Shown here piece after piece: positions 19,938 to 30,200 of a DNA stretch of 64,000 bases. The number at the start of each line of letters is the position of its first letter. The first letter of the stretch is position 1. Origin of the DNA: Desulfobacterales bacterium (GTDB taxonomy: Bacteria; Desulfobacterota; Desulfobacteria; Desulfobacterales; UBA2245); contig JAXGZF010000003.1 in assembly GCA_040771865.1 (NCBI GenBank), positions 248,001-312,000 of the forward strand, in the 5' to 3' direction. The position numbers and the translations under genes are program-made. Under the pieces are notes generated by a model. It was not told the DNA's origin, made no database searches, and was given only the letters and a program-made list of their open reading frames with translations.

Positions 19938-22571
19938 ATGACAGGCAATCAGACACGCAGACTATTTCTCGACTATTTTGAGAAACACCATCACCGGATT
20001 ATTAGAAGCTCTTCCCTGGTTCCCCAGGATGACCCGACGCTGTTGTTCACCAATGCCGGCATGGTCCAGTTTAAACGCACCTTTCTCGGAGAAGAGAAAA
20101 GAGATTATGTCCGGGCGGCGAGTTCTCAGAAATGCGTCCGGGCTGGAGGTAAGCACAATGATCTGGAAAACGTGGGCTACACCGCCCGGCATCATACCTT
20201 TTTCGAGATGCTGGGAAATTTTTCCTTCGGCGACTATTTCAAGGAAAAAGCCATCGAGTTTGCCTGGGATCTGTTAATTAACGGCTACAAGCTTCCTGCC
20301 GATAAATTGTGGGTATCGGTATATCTGGACGACGATGAGGCCCATGATCTGTGGCATAAAAATATTGGCGTTAGGGAAGACCGCATCGTGCGTTTTGGGG
20401 AGAAGGATAATTTCTGGTCCATGGGGGATACCGGACCGTGCGGTCCCTGCTCGGAGATTCTCATCGATCGTGGGGAAGCCTTTGGCTGCGGCAGCCCCGA
20501 GTGCCGTGTCGGATGCGACTGCGACCGGTATCTGGAAATATGGAATCTGGTGTTCATGCAGTTCAACCGGGATGAATCCGGCCGAATGACCCCTCTCCCC
20601 AGGCCGAGCATCGACACGGGAATGGGGCTTGAGCGCATCGTGTCCATTGTACAGGATGTACCGACCAACTACGATACCGACCTGATTCTTCCGATTCTGC
20701 AGAAGGCTGAAGCGCTTTCCGGAAAGCGTCGCGGACAGTCCGCCGAAACCGGCGTGGCCATGAAGGTGATTGCCGATCACAGCCGGGCGGCGGCTTTTCT
20801 GGTCGGCGACGGCGTCCTGCCTTCCAATGAGGGAAGGGGGTATGTGCTGCGCCGCATTCTTCGAAGAGCCATCCGCTATGGACGCCAGATCGGATTGAGC
20901 CGGCCGTTTCTGCACGAGACCGTAAAGACGGTATTCGAAATCATGAAGCCGGCCTATCCCGAACTGTCGGAGGCGTCCGCCTTCATCACCAGCGTGATTC
21001 ATAACGAAGAGGTCCGGTTTTCCGAGACCCTGGATCATGGTTTGAAACTGCTCAATGAAACCCTGGCCGATATTCAGGCCAGGGGACTTTCGAAGGTGCC
21101 CGGCGACGTTGTTTTCAAGCTTTACGATACCTACGGATTTCCCGTGGACATCGTGCGGGACGTGGTGCGGGACCAGAACCTCGAAGTGGATATGGCGGGA
21201 TTCGAGTCGGCCATGGCCGGCCAGCGTGAAAAATCAAGATCGGTTGCCTCGTTTTCAACGCTCGGAGATGCCTACAAGGGTCTTTCATCTCGCGGCATCA
21301 TACCTGAATTTGTGGGGTATGATTCCCTGTCCTGCGAATCTGAGATTCTGCTGATCGTTGAGGATGGCAAACAGGTAGACCGGGCCGAGGCTGGCGCTTC
21401 GGTGGAGGTGGTGACCGCCGCTACCCCCTTTTATGGGGAGTCCGGCGGTCAGACCGGAGACCGCGGCACGATCAGCGGCCCGGATTTTCAGATGGCCGTT
21501 TCGGAAACGGTCAAGGACCCCACCGGTCTGATCATTCACAAGGGAGAGGTGGCGTCCGGCGCCGTCGAACTGAACCATCGCGTCACCCTGAGCGTGGACC
21601 CAGAGGCCAGGGCTGCCACTGCCAGAAATCACACGGCCACTCACATTCTGCAATCGGCGTTGCGCCAGATTCTGGGAGATCATGTAAAACAGGCGGGCTC
21701 CATGGTTTCTCCCGACCGGTTGCGATTTGACTTTACCCATTTTTCACAGGTGGACGCAGAGACCCTGAACCGGATCGAAACTCTGGTCAACGCCAGAATT
21801 CGGGAAAATGTGTCAACGGGCATCGAGGTCATGGCGGCCGAAGAGGCTTTTCAATGCGGGGCGACCGCGCTGTTTGAGGAAAAATACGGGGATTGGGTGA
21901 GGGTGATTTCTCTGGCAGATTTCAGCAAGGAACTCTGCGGTGGAACCCACGCCCGGCGCACCGGCGATATCGGTTTTTTCAAGATCGTATCCGAATCCAG
22001 CGTGGCTTCGGGCGTTCGGCGTATCGAGGCGGTCACCGGCACTCAGGCCGTTGCCCATGCCCAGGCCTGTTCAGGTATCCTGAACAGGATCTCCCAACAG
22101 GTCAGGGAAAAGCCGGATCAGCTTCCATCGCGCATCGACAGGTTGATGGCCGACCAGAAGTCTCTTGAAAAGGAACTGGAACGGTTGAAAGCCAGGATGG
22201 CCGCGAGCGAGGCGAAAAGCGCCGGCGATGAATTTCGCATGATTCAGGGTGTCAGGGTGCTGGTCAAGAAGGTGACGGCCGACAGTCCGGCCGGTCTTCG
22301 GAACATGGCCGATCAATTCCGGGACAGAATCGGTTCCGGGATCGTGGTGCTGGCCGCTTCCGCAGGGTCCAAGGCCATGCTGGTCGCAGCGGTCACCAGG
22401 GATCTGACGGATAAGTATCCGGCGGGCGATATTGTTAAACATGCTGCGACCGTTGTCGGCGGAAGCGGCGGCGGCAGACCCGATATGGCCCAGGCCGGCG
22501 GCACGATGCCCGAGAAAATCGATGAAGCTCTGGACCGTGTCTGCCAGATTCTGGAACACTGGCCCCAGTGA
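19938..22571 (+). CDS. alaS: Alanine--tRNA ligase
   Basis: LLFTNAGMVQFK, HHTFFEMLGNFSFGDYFK, NHTATH, ELCGGTH, GGGRPDMAQAGG. Confidence 0.98.
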   Translation: MTGNQTRRLFLDYFEKHHHRIIRSSSLVPQDDPTLLFTNAGMVQFKRTFLGEEKRDYVRAASSQKCVRAGGKHNDLENVGYTARHHTFFEMLGNFSFGDYFKEKAIEFAWDLLINGYKLPADKLWVSVYLDDDEAHDLWHKNIGVREDRIVRFGEKDNFWSMGDTGPCGPCSEILIDRGEAFGCGSPECRVGCDCDRYLEIWNLVFMQFNRDESGRMTPLPRPSIDTGMGLERIVSIVQDVPTNYDTDLILPILQKAEALSGKRRGQSAETGVAMKVIADHSRAAAFLVGDGVLPSNEGRGYVLRRILRRAIRYGRQIGLSRPFLHETVKTVFEIMKPAYPELSEASAFITSVIHNEEVRFSETLDHGLKLLNETLADIQARGLSKVPGDVVFKLYDTYGFPVDIVRDVVRDQNLEVDMAGFESAMAGQREKSRSVASFSTLGDAYKGLSSRGIIPEFVGYDSLSCESEILLIVEDGKQVDRAEAGASVEVVTAATPFYGESGGQTGDRGTISGPDFQMAVSETVKDPTGLIIHKGEVASGAVELNHRVTLSVDPEARAATARNHTATHILQSALRQILGDHVKQAGSMVSPDRLRFDFTHFSQVDAETLNRIETLVNARIRENVSTGIEVMAAEEAFQCGATALFEEKYGDWVRVISLADFSKELCGGTHARRTGDIGFFKIVSESSVASGVRRIEAVTGTQAVAHAQACSGILNRISQQVREKPDQLPSRIDRLMADQKSLEKELERLKARMAASEAKSAGDEFRMIQGVRVLVKKVTADSPAGLRNMADQFRDRIGSGIVVLAASAGSKAMLVAAVTRDLTDKYPAGDIVKHAATVVGGSGGGRPDMAQAGGTMPEKIDEALDRVCQILEHWPQ

Positions 22572-22599
22572 TGATCGATCAATAAATATCAGGATATTC

Positions 22600-22935
22600 T
22601 TGGAAGCCGGAAAAGAATTCGAAACTGCCCAGAAAGCAGGCGCGGATACGCTGCGTCGAAACATCATGGCGCTTTTATCCGCCAAAGACGGTTTTCTTTC
22701 GGCCCAGGAAATTTCCAGACAGTTCAGGATACCAGAAAAGGATGTGTATATTCATCTGGAACATATCCGGCGAACCGCCCGTCGATCCCGGCAGGAATTA
22801 AAGGTCCTTCCGGCCGTGTGCAACATCTGCGGCTTTGCCTTTAACAAACGGAATCGGCTTTTCAAGCCGGGCCGATGCCCGGTATGCCGCCGGCAGCATA
22901 TCTCACCGCCCGGTTTTTCCCTGAAACCGCGGTGA
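22600..22935 (+). CDS. HTH plus Zn-ribbon transcriptional regulator (COG3357-like)
   Basis: LSAQEIS...EKDVYIHLEHIRR followed by CNICGFAF...PGRCPVC. Start uncertain (TTG at 22600 after AGGA). Confidence 0.7.
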   Translation: MEAGKEFETAQKAGADTLRRNIMALLSAKDGFLSAQEISRQFRIPEKDVYIHLEHIRRTARRSRQELKVLPAVCNICGFAFNKRNRLFKPGRCPVCRRQHISPPGFSLKPR

Positions 22936-22957
22936 GACGCCCTTTTTCAACAGTATG

Positions 22958-22990
22958 GCCCCTGCCCGATGCAACGGTCAGGGGCTTTTT
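22958..22990 (+). terminator. Intrinsic terminator after the alaS transcription unit
   Basis: GCCCCTG.CCG-loop-CGG.CAGGGGC followed by TTTTT. Confidence 0.65.
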
Positions 22991-23082
22991 GATCTTATTT
23001 GAAATGAATTGCGTTAAACGCTTGATTTTTGACGTAATAGACACTAAAAAAACAAATTGCATTTCTGAAACGAGGGGTTGGC

Positions 23083-23415
23083 GTGTCTCGAAAAATCAGA
23101 ATAGACGATTTGAAGCCCGGAATGAAACTGGCCAAGGCGCTGACTACCAGGGCCGGCATCCTGCTGCTGCCCAATGGGACGGAACTCACCGAATCCCAGA
23201 TACAGATCCTGCGTACCATGAACGTTGAGAAGGTTTCGATCATCGGACCGCCCACGCCGCAGATTTCCAAAGAGCAGCTGCTTTCCGACCTGGACCGGCG
23301 TTTTCACAAGGTGGAATCCAAACCCGCGATGAGATTTATCAAAAAAATCGTTCAAGAACATATCGAGAGTCTCTATGAATCCAATGGATCCTGCGATACT
23401 GAGGAGCAGTGTTGA
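23083..23415 (+). CDS. Hypothetical protein, partner of the HDOD protein
   Basis: IRIDDLKPGMKLAK...LLLPNGTELTESQI resembles the N-terminal module of HD-GYP/HDOD proteins. Confidence 0.65.
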   Translation: MSRKIRIDDLKPGMKLAKALTTRAGILLLPNGTELTESQIQILRTMNVEKVSIIGPPTPQISKEQLLSDLDRRFHKVESKPAMRFIKKIVQEHIESLYESNGSCDTEEQC

Positions 23416-24193
23416 GACCATAGCCTCACTGCCATCCATTCCCAGCTCACTGAAACAGATTATGAACCTGATCGAAAGCCCCCGGGTGACCCTGGAAGAA
23501 ATCGCCAATCTGATATCTAAGGACCTTGCATTGACCAGCCGGGTTCTCAAAGTTGTCAATTCGGCCATCTACGGGGTTCCCGAACGCATATCCTCGATCA
23601 GTTATGCGATCATGATGCTGGGGATGGATACGGTCAGGGGGCTGGTGATCGGGGCTGCAGCCTTTGAACTCATGCAGAAGGTCATGGCTGGATTGTGGCG
23701 GCACTCGATCGCATGTGCGACGGCCACACGGATCATCGCTCTGAGGAGGGATATTCGCAATGTCGAAGAAGTGGCCATTGCCGCCCTGCTTCACGATGTC
23801 GGAAAGGTTTGTTTCGGATTGAAGTATCCTCTGGAACTCAAACTGGCCATGGACCAGGCCCAGGACGAGGAGATCACGTTGCTTGAGGCGGAAAAAGCCC
23901 ATTTTGCGGAAGATCATGCCGTTGCCGGCAGATGGTTGACCGAAAAATGGCGGTTTAACCGGAAAATGGTGGAAATCATCGCATACCACCACGCGCCGCG
24001 TCTTTCACGCACGGCAAGATTTGAGACCTCGATTGTCCATTTTGCCGACATTCTCGTGCGAGCCAGGGGAATCGGGTTTGCCGGTGACAAAATGATGCCG
24101 TTCTTGGACGACAAGGCCTTTGAGATGCTCAGACTTTCGAAATACGAGATCCAGCTGGTTCTTGAAGAACTCGAGGAGGGCCTTGATGCATGA
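23375..24193 (+). CDS. HDOD domain signal-transduction protein
   Basis: LPSIP, DLALTSRVLKVVNSAIYG, LWRHS, ALLHDVGK, DHAVAG, YHH. Confidence 0.88.
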   Translation: MNPMDPAILRSSVETIASLPSIPSSLKQIMNLIESPRVTLEEIANLISKDLALTSRVLKVVNSAIYGVPERISSISYAIMMLGMDTVRGLVIGAAAFELMQKVMAGLWRHSIACATATRIIALRRDIRNVEEVAIAALLHDVGKVCFGLKYPLELKLAMDQAQDEEITLLEAEKAHFAEDHAVAGRWLTEKWRFNRKMVEIIAYHHAPRLSRTARFETSIVHFADILVRARGIGFAGDKMMPFLDDKAFEMLRLSKYEIQLVLEELEEGLDA

Positions 24194-24244
24194 AGTACGG
24201 CACGCCATGGCCGCTGCACTTCTTGATTCCGCTTTTGAGTGAAA

Positions 24245-25591
24245 TCAGTTCAGAACCGTGCGGATCACCTCGGCGATACGGCTGCAACCGGTTTCGGCCA
24301 GCTCCGCGCTGTGCGCTTCGACCATGACTCGGCAGAGATTTTCCGTTCCCGAATATCGCACCAGTACGCGACCGTTTTCCCCCAGCCCGGTTTCAACCTC
24401 CCGAATGACGGCCGCAATCCGGGGTTCGGAAAAAATTTCGGGTTTTCTGCTGACCGGGACATTGATCAGCTTCTGCGGATAGACATCCATCAGTCGGGAA
24501 AGCGCCGAAAGGGGGCTGCCCGACCTGAGCATTGCGGCGATCAGCTGCATGCCGGCCAGAATACCGTCGCCGGTGCTGTGATGCTCCAGAAAGACGATGT
24601 GCCCGGATTCTTCTCCGCCGATAACGGCCCCCAGCCTTTGCATGTCTTCCAGCACACGCCTGTCTCCAACCCCGGAGGCATGATGCCGCAATCCGTGTTT
24701 TCTGCAGGCCAGCCTAAGACCCAGGTTGCTCATCACGGTGGTGACCAGACAGTTTTTTTGAAGCCTTCCCAGATTTTTGAGCATGATGGCGCAGATCAGC
24801 AGAATCTGGTCGCCGCTCAGCCGATTTCCGGTTTCATCCACCGCGATCAGGCGGTCCGCGTCGCCGTCAAAAGCAAGCCCCAGATCAGCTCCGCACCTTA
24901 GGGTGAGACCCTGAAGACCCGCTGTATGCTGGGAACCGCACTGATCGTTGATGTTGAATCCGTCGGGATGGTTGTGAATCACCTCCACCTGAGCGCCGAA
25001 CCTCGTGAATGCTTCGGGCGCCAGAAGGCTGGCCGCTCCGTTCGAGGTGTCCATGGCGATTTTCATTCCCCGCATGGTGAGATTTTCAGGCCAGACGGAG
25101 CCTAAAAAATCCAGGTATTTCCGGTCGGCGTTTTCCAGGGGGCGTATGCGTCCGATGTTTTCAGACGGCGCCAGAAATTCGGAAAAACCCTGTTTTTGAA
25201 CCAGCGCCTCGATATTCTCTTCCTCGGCATCGGTCAACTTGAAGCCCTGGCCGGAAAATACCTTGATGCCATTATCCGGATACGGGTTGTGAGAGGCCGA
25301 AACCACGATGCCGGCATCGGCGCCGGCGGCACGGGTTGTATATGCGATCGCCGGGGTGGGCAGCATGCCGGTTAGAAGCGCGTCTGCCCCCATGGAGGCG
25401 ATTCCGGCGGCAAGCGCGCTTTCCAGCATATCCGAGGAGATCCGCGGATCTTTGCCGATCAGAATGCGACAGCGCCCAGAATGAAAAAAAAGGCGGGCGA
25501 CGGCCCGGCCAACGGCCATGGCCGTATCCGCATCCATGGGATAGCGGTTGGCCTTTCCCCGAATTCCGTCGGTACCGAAAAGTTTAGTCAT
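24245..25591 (-). CDS. glmM: Phosphoglucosamine mutase
   Basis: LFGTDGIRG, SASHNP, FDGDADR, GGEESGH, RYSGTE. Confidence 0.95.
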   Translation of the reverse strand: MTKLFGTDGIRGKANRYPMDADTAMAVGRAVARLFFHSGRCRILIGKDPRISSDMLESALAAGIASMGADALLTGMLPTPAIAYTTRAAGADAGIVVSASHNPYPDNGIKVFSGQGFKLTDAEEENIEALVQKQGFSEFLAPSENIGRIRPLENADRKYLDFLGSVWPENLTMRGMKIAMDTSNGAASLLAPEAFTRFGAQVEVIHNHPDGFNINDQCGSQHTAGLQGLTLRCGADLGLAFDGDADRLIAVDETGNRLSGDQILLICAIMLKNLGRLQKNCLVTTVMSNLGLRLACRKHGLRHHASGVGDRRVLEDMQRLGAVIGGEESGHIVFLEHHSTGDGILAGMQLIAAMLRSGSPLSALSRLMDVYPQKLINVPVSRKPEIFSEPRIAAVIREVETGLGENGRVLVRYSGTENLCRVMVEAHSAELAETGCSRIAEVIRTVLN

Positions 25592-26856
25592 CAGCGGGCT
25601 CCATCATGGTTTTTCCATTTTTGAAAAAGGTTCAGTTCCGGCAGAGTGGCGGACGCCCTGCGGCAGTAATTCCATACCACCGCGTCCAGCCAGCGGGTTC
25701 CGTGAAAGATCGCGTCGGAACAAAGCCCCTGAATGGAGCGGATATAATCGGTATCCTTTTTTTGAAGGCAATCCTGTACGGCATTCATGAATCGATTTCG
25801 ATCGATTTCTCCGGCGGCTTCATCCGCCGGCAGCTCCATGGCCCGGCTCAGCGTTTGTATGTTTTCACAGAACCGGATTCGGAAGTCGGTTTCGGACAGT
25901 GAGGCTGTTGAAGCTGTTTTTGAGATATTGTGCGCCATGGCCTGAAGACGCTTGATCCGCTCGGTTCCGGCTGCTTTCAGGATTCCCAGAGCGCCCTGAA
26001 AAATCTCTTCTCCGAATTCGCGGGATTTGAAAAACGGCCGTCGGACACATTGATACCATTGCTCCAGAGCCTGCAGGTTGGCGGCGTAATAAATGTTGTT
26101 TTCAAGAATCCGCAGCATTCCGGCGTATCGACCGGGCTTATGATCCAGAACGAGGTTTTTCAGGGATTTTCCGGAAATCAGCTTGTTGGATTCGGGGATG
26201 TCGTTGCGTAGAACACTGCCGGCTGCCGTAACATTGCCGAAGCCGACCCGCACCGGTCCCACCAGTCCGCCCTGGCCTCCAAGGAAGATTGGCGGCTGGT
26301 TGAGCATGACCCCGCGGGGCACATCTCCGATCAGGCTGGCGGTTGTTTTGTCGCCCTCCGGCGTGAAATTGAAATGAATAAAGGAGCTTCCGACCTCGCT
26401 GTGATTTTTGGGGCCCGTGCCTCCGGCCATCAGGCAGTCACAGAAGTTGATCAGGCTGCCCAGGGTAACGAAAGGAAACAGAATGGTCTGTTTCAGTCCG
26501 ACGCAATGAGCGGCGCTGGCATATTCCTCGATCAGGCAGCCTTCCCTGACATGAGCGCCCATTGCCAGGGATGCGCCCATCAGAAAAACTGACTGCCGGA
26601 AATATCCGCTTTTGAGCGCAACCGCCGATCCGATCCGACAGTTGTCGACCGTTGCCACGCCTTCCTCTCCCAGCCGGACATGGGAGGACACGATCGTGTC
26701 TTTACCGTAAATCCGGCATCCCGGGTAAATCGTGACATTGTTTTCGGATATGCGATCGATGTCCACCTCCGGCCCGATGTCGACGGAAAGTGGATTGAGA
26801 ATTCGGACCCCCTTTTTGATCAGCTGAATGATTTTATTCCGGCAGGCAAGTTCCAT
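25591..26856 (-). CDS. GlmU-like acetyltransferase (left-handed beta-helix region only)
   Basis: Begins at LIKKGVRILNPLSVDIGPEV (the GlmU linker helix), then hexapeptide-like repeats, NF..EGDK and VGPVRVG. Coupled to glmM. Confidence 0.65.
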   Translation of the reverse strand: MELACRNKIIQLIKKGVRILNPLSVDIGPEVDIDRISENNVTIYPGCRIYGKDTIVSSHVRLGEEGVATVDNCRIGSAVALKSGYFRQSVFLMGASLAMGAHVREGCLIEEYASAAHCVGLKQTILFPFVTLGSLINFCDCLMAGGTGPKNHSEVGSSFIHFNFTPEGDKTTASLIGDVPRGVMLNQPPIFLGGQGGLVGPVRVGFGNVTAAGSVLRNDIPESNKLISGKSLKNLVLDHKPGRYAGMLRILENNIYYAANLQALEQWYQCVRRPFFKSREFGEEIFQGALGILKAAGTERIKRLQAMAHNISKTASTASLSETDFRIRFCENIQTLSRAMELPADEAAGEIDRNRFMNAVQDCLQKKDTDYIRSIQGLCSDAIFHGTRWLDAVVWNYCRRASATLPELNLFQKWKNHDGAR

Positions 26857-27229
26857 GTTCGGCTCCTGAAATACATGTCTTGGGAAGCACTATATTCACT
26901 GTATTTTTGAGAAATTGTCAATGCCGGAATTCCGGGCGGGCAGCCTGATGGAAAAACCATCTAACTGGATTTTGTATGATCTTTGTGATAAAGATGACTG
27001 CGTAAAAAAAATCGATTGATGCGTTGCGCGGCATTCCTGAGCCTGAATCCGGATTCGCGAAACCGTCAATACGAAGAGATATGATTGGAACGCCATCTTG
27101 TCGATATCACAACGATGCATTTCAAGAATAATTTCCCGAAAGACCGCCCCCTCACATGCTTCCCTCATGGACAAGTTCAGCAATGGAATGGGACGCGGCG
27201 TCGGTACCGGATAAAAGGACTGCATTCAA

Positions 27230-30200
27230 ATGATTAAACTGTTTTTGTCGATTCAAGCGTCGACGGTTTGTTTTGTGACTCGAATCATGCCTCGGTTTTT
27301 CAAAATTTCCGGCACGAGGTTGTATTTCGGAAGATGTCCGCAGGGCATCTTCGGCCCCTGCATTGTGTTTTTTCCGGTTTATCAGAACCGCCTGTTTTGC
27401 GGCCTTTCGGGAATTGTGGCATTTAAGGCGTCCCGGAAGCCTCGGGTCCGGGCTGATTTTGACCGGTTGAAGCAGATGCTCGAAATACTGGAGCAAAAAG
27501 GAATGCAAACCTGTCTGACCTCCGGACTGGACATGACATCGGATTATCTGGGCGGCGCCTGTGCAAAGGATTTTTACCGGACGACCGCGACATTTAAATG
27601 CCGTGATCCGTTTCACGAAATTTTTACCGACAGCCGCCTGATATCCGAGCTCAAACAGATTCAGGGCCGGCTGAACGAAATCCTTGCGCGTGAAACTCAA
27701 AGCTTTGCCGAGCATATGGGCCGCCTGGAGGCTTCGGCGTTTAAAGTGGTTTCCGAAAGAATCGACACGCTGAAAGATATCTCTTGGCAGATTGGATCGG
27801 AAATTGCCGCGAATATCGAGAAGGTCAGATCCTTGATGGGCGCATATTCCGGAACCCTTTCGCCGAATGTGGTCGGTCTGTTTAAAAATATCAACGCCGT
27901 ATTGAACAGCATTGACAGACTGGAGGTCCGGGGCAGGGATTCGGCGGGAATCTCACTGATGTTCGTCCTGGATAAGGCTCGGTATGAACGCTTTGAGGAC
28001 GCGCTGAAGGAGGAGTTTCTGACAGACGAGTACCATGCCCGGCTGGAGTGGAAGGTTTTGGGGAATCGGTGCATCAACGTTCATGAATACGGGGCGAAAA
28101 GCCCTTCCGGTCCAATTGTCGGACTGAGCTTTGCGTACAAGATTGCCGCCGAAATCGGCAGTCTTGGCGACAATGTTCGGTTTCTACGAAAGCAGATTTC
28201 CGAAGATGACGTTCTCAAGCAGCTTTCGCAAATCGGATGGCGGCATCATACCGTGTCTTCCCACACCCGATGGGCCTCGGTGGGGGTGATCGCCGAGGCC
28301 AACTGCCATCCCCTGGACAGCCAGGTTGCAGGCAGGGGGGCGGAAGGCATCATTCATGTCTGCCTGAACGGGGATATCGACAACTATCTGGAACTCAGGG
28401 CCGAACATGAACGGCAGGGGAATCGGATTGCGCAGGAGATTACCACCGACACCAAGATTATTCCGCTTCAGATCGAGGCCTATCTTCGCAAGGGGTATGA
28501 TGTCGCCGAATCATTCCGTAAGGCGGTCAATGATTTTCAAGGCTCCCATGCGATTTCCATGCACACGGACCTTGCGCCCGGCAAGTTTTTTCTGGCGCAG
28601 AAGGGAAGCGGGCAGGCGGTGTTTATCGGTATTGCCGAAGAACACTACATGCCGACTTCCGAAGTTTACGGATTTGTGGAGGAAACGTCCAGATATATCA
28701 AAATGAGCGGTGAGTCCGCGTTGAATGAAAAGACCGGAGAGGCCGGCGGGCAGATCGTCATTCTCGATCAGCAGTCCGCGGGAGAGCTTGAGGGGATTGA
28801 AGCCATGCATTACGATGGAACCCCTATCTGCCTTGTTCCGGAAGATATTCAGCAAACGCTTATTACCTCCAGGGACATCGACCGACAGGGGCATCCCCAT
28901 TACTTTTTCAAGGAAATCATGGAGTCTCCGGAATCGGTTGAAAAGACGCTACAAAATCGATGGAAGCGCATTCCCGGTTCGGATTCATCCTGTGCCGTCT
29001 ATCTCGATGAAGCCGAGTTTCCCGAAGCGCTTCGGCGCGCGTTTGTCGGGAACCGGATTCGAAGGGTCTTTTTTATCGGACAGGGAACCGCCGGTGTCGC
29101 AGCCCAGGTATGCGCCGATATCCTGCATTACTATTTAAATGATCCCGCACTTCCGGTCTGCGCGCTCAAATCCTCCGAACTCAGCGGATTCAGGCTGGTT
29201 GACGGCGACAACGGCACGGCCATGTCCGACACGCTGGTGGTGGCCATCACCCAGTCCGGAACCACGACGGATACCAACCGGGCCGTGGATATGGTTCGTG
29301 CCCGGGGAGCTCACACCCTTGCCATTGTCAACCGGCGGGATTCGGACGTGACCTTTAAGGTTCACGGTGTTGTATACACCAGCAGCGGCCGGGACATCGA
29401 AATGTCCGTGGCTTCTACAAAGGCGTTTTATTCACAGATCGTGGCCGGCGCGCTGGTCGCTCTTTTTATCGCGCAGCTGAAAGGCGCCCGCGATGTCCGG
29501 TTTGTCACCGGAGCCGTCCGTGAGCTTCGGGAACTTCCCGGTCATATGCGAACCATCCTTGCCGGTCATGAAAAGATCGCCGCCTCGGCAAGACGCATCG
29601 CCGTCACAAAAACCTACTGGGCCACCGTCGGAAGCGGTCCCAACAAGGCTTCGGCGGATGAGATTCGAATCAAGCTCAGCGAGCTTTGCTATAAGACCAT
29701 TTCATCGGATTTTATCGAGGATAAGAAGCATATCGATCTATCCTCGGAACCGCTGATCATTATCTGCGCGGCGGGCGTGCGCGAGGCCGTCATCGGGGAT
29801 ATCATCAAGGATACGGCGATTTTCCGTGCCCACAAAGCCACTCCCGTGGTGATTGCCGACGAGGGAGATCATAGGTTCGATTCCTATGCCGTCGATGTCT
29901 TTCATGTGCCCCGGGTCAGCGAGCAGCTTGCACCGGTGGTCAATACGCTGGTCGGCCATATCTGGGGGTATTACGCGGCCCTGGCGATCAACGAGGGCTC
30001 CCGGTTTCTGTTTGATTTCCGGCAGGATATCGAGAAAATCATCGGGGATTATTCCAGCCGGGGGCTGGATATTTTCGAGATCATTCTCGAGAAGAGATTT
30101 CGGGAGAAGATCGCCCGGTTTGACCATGAGTTCAGGCAACGTAAGGCGGAAAAACGGTTTCCCACCGCCATCGGTTTCGAGAAGGTCGTGGACCTGACCC

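Noticed and set aside
22942..22957. TTTTTCAACAG resembling a MITE end
   Set aside because: Only an 11-nt match, with no partner end or internal sequence.
26857..27229. glmS ribozyme upstream of the glmS-like gene
   Set aside because: The conserved AGCGCC...GACGAGG core was not found by eye.
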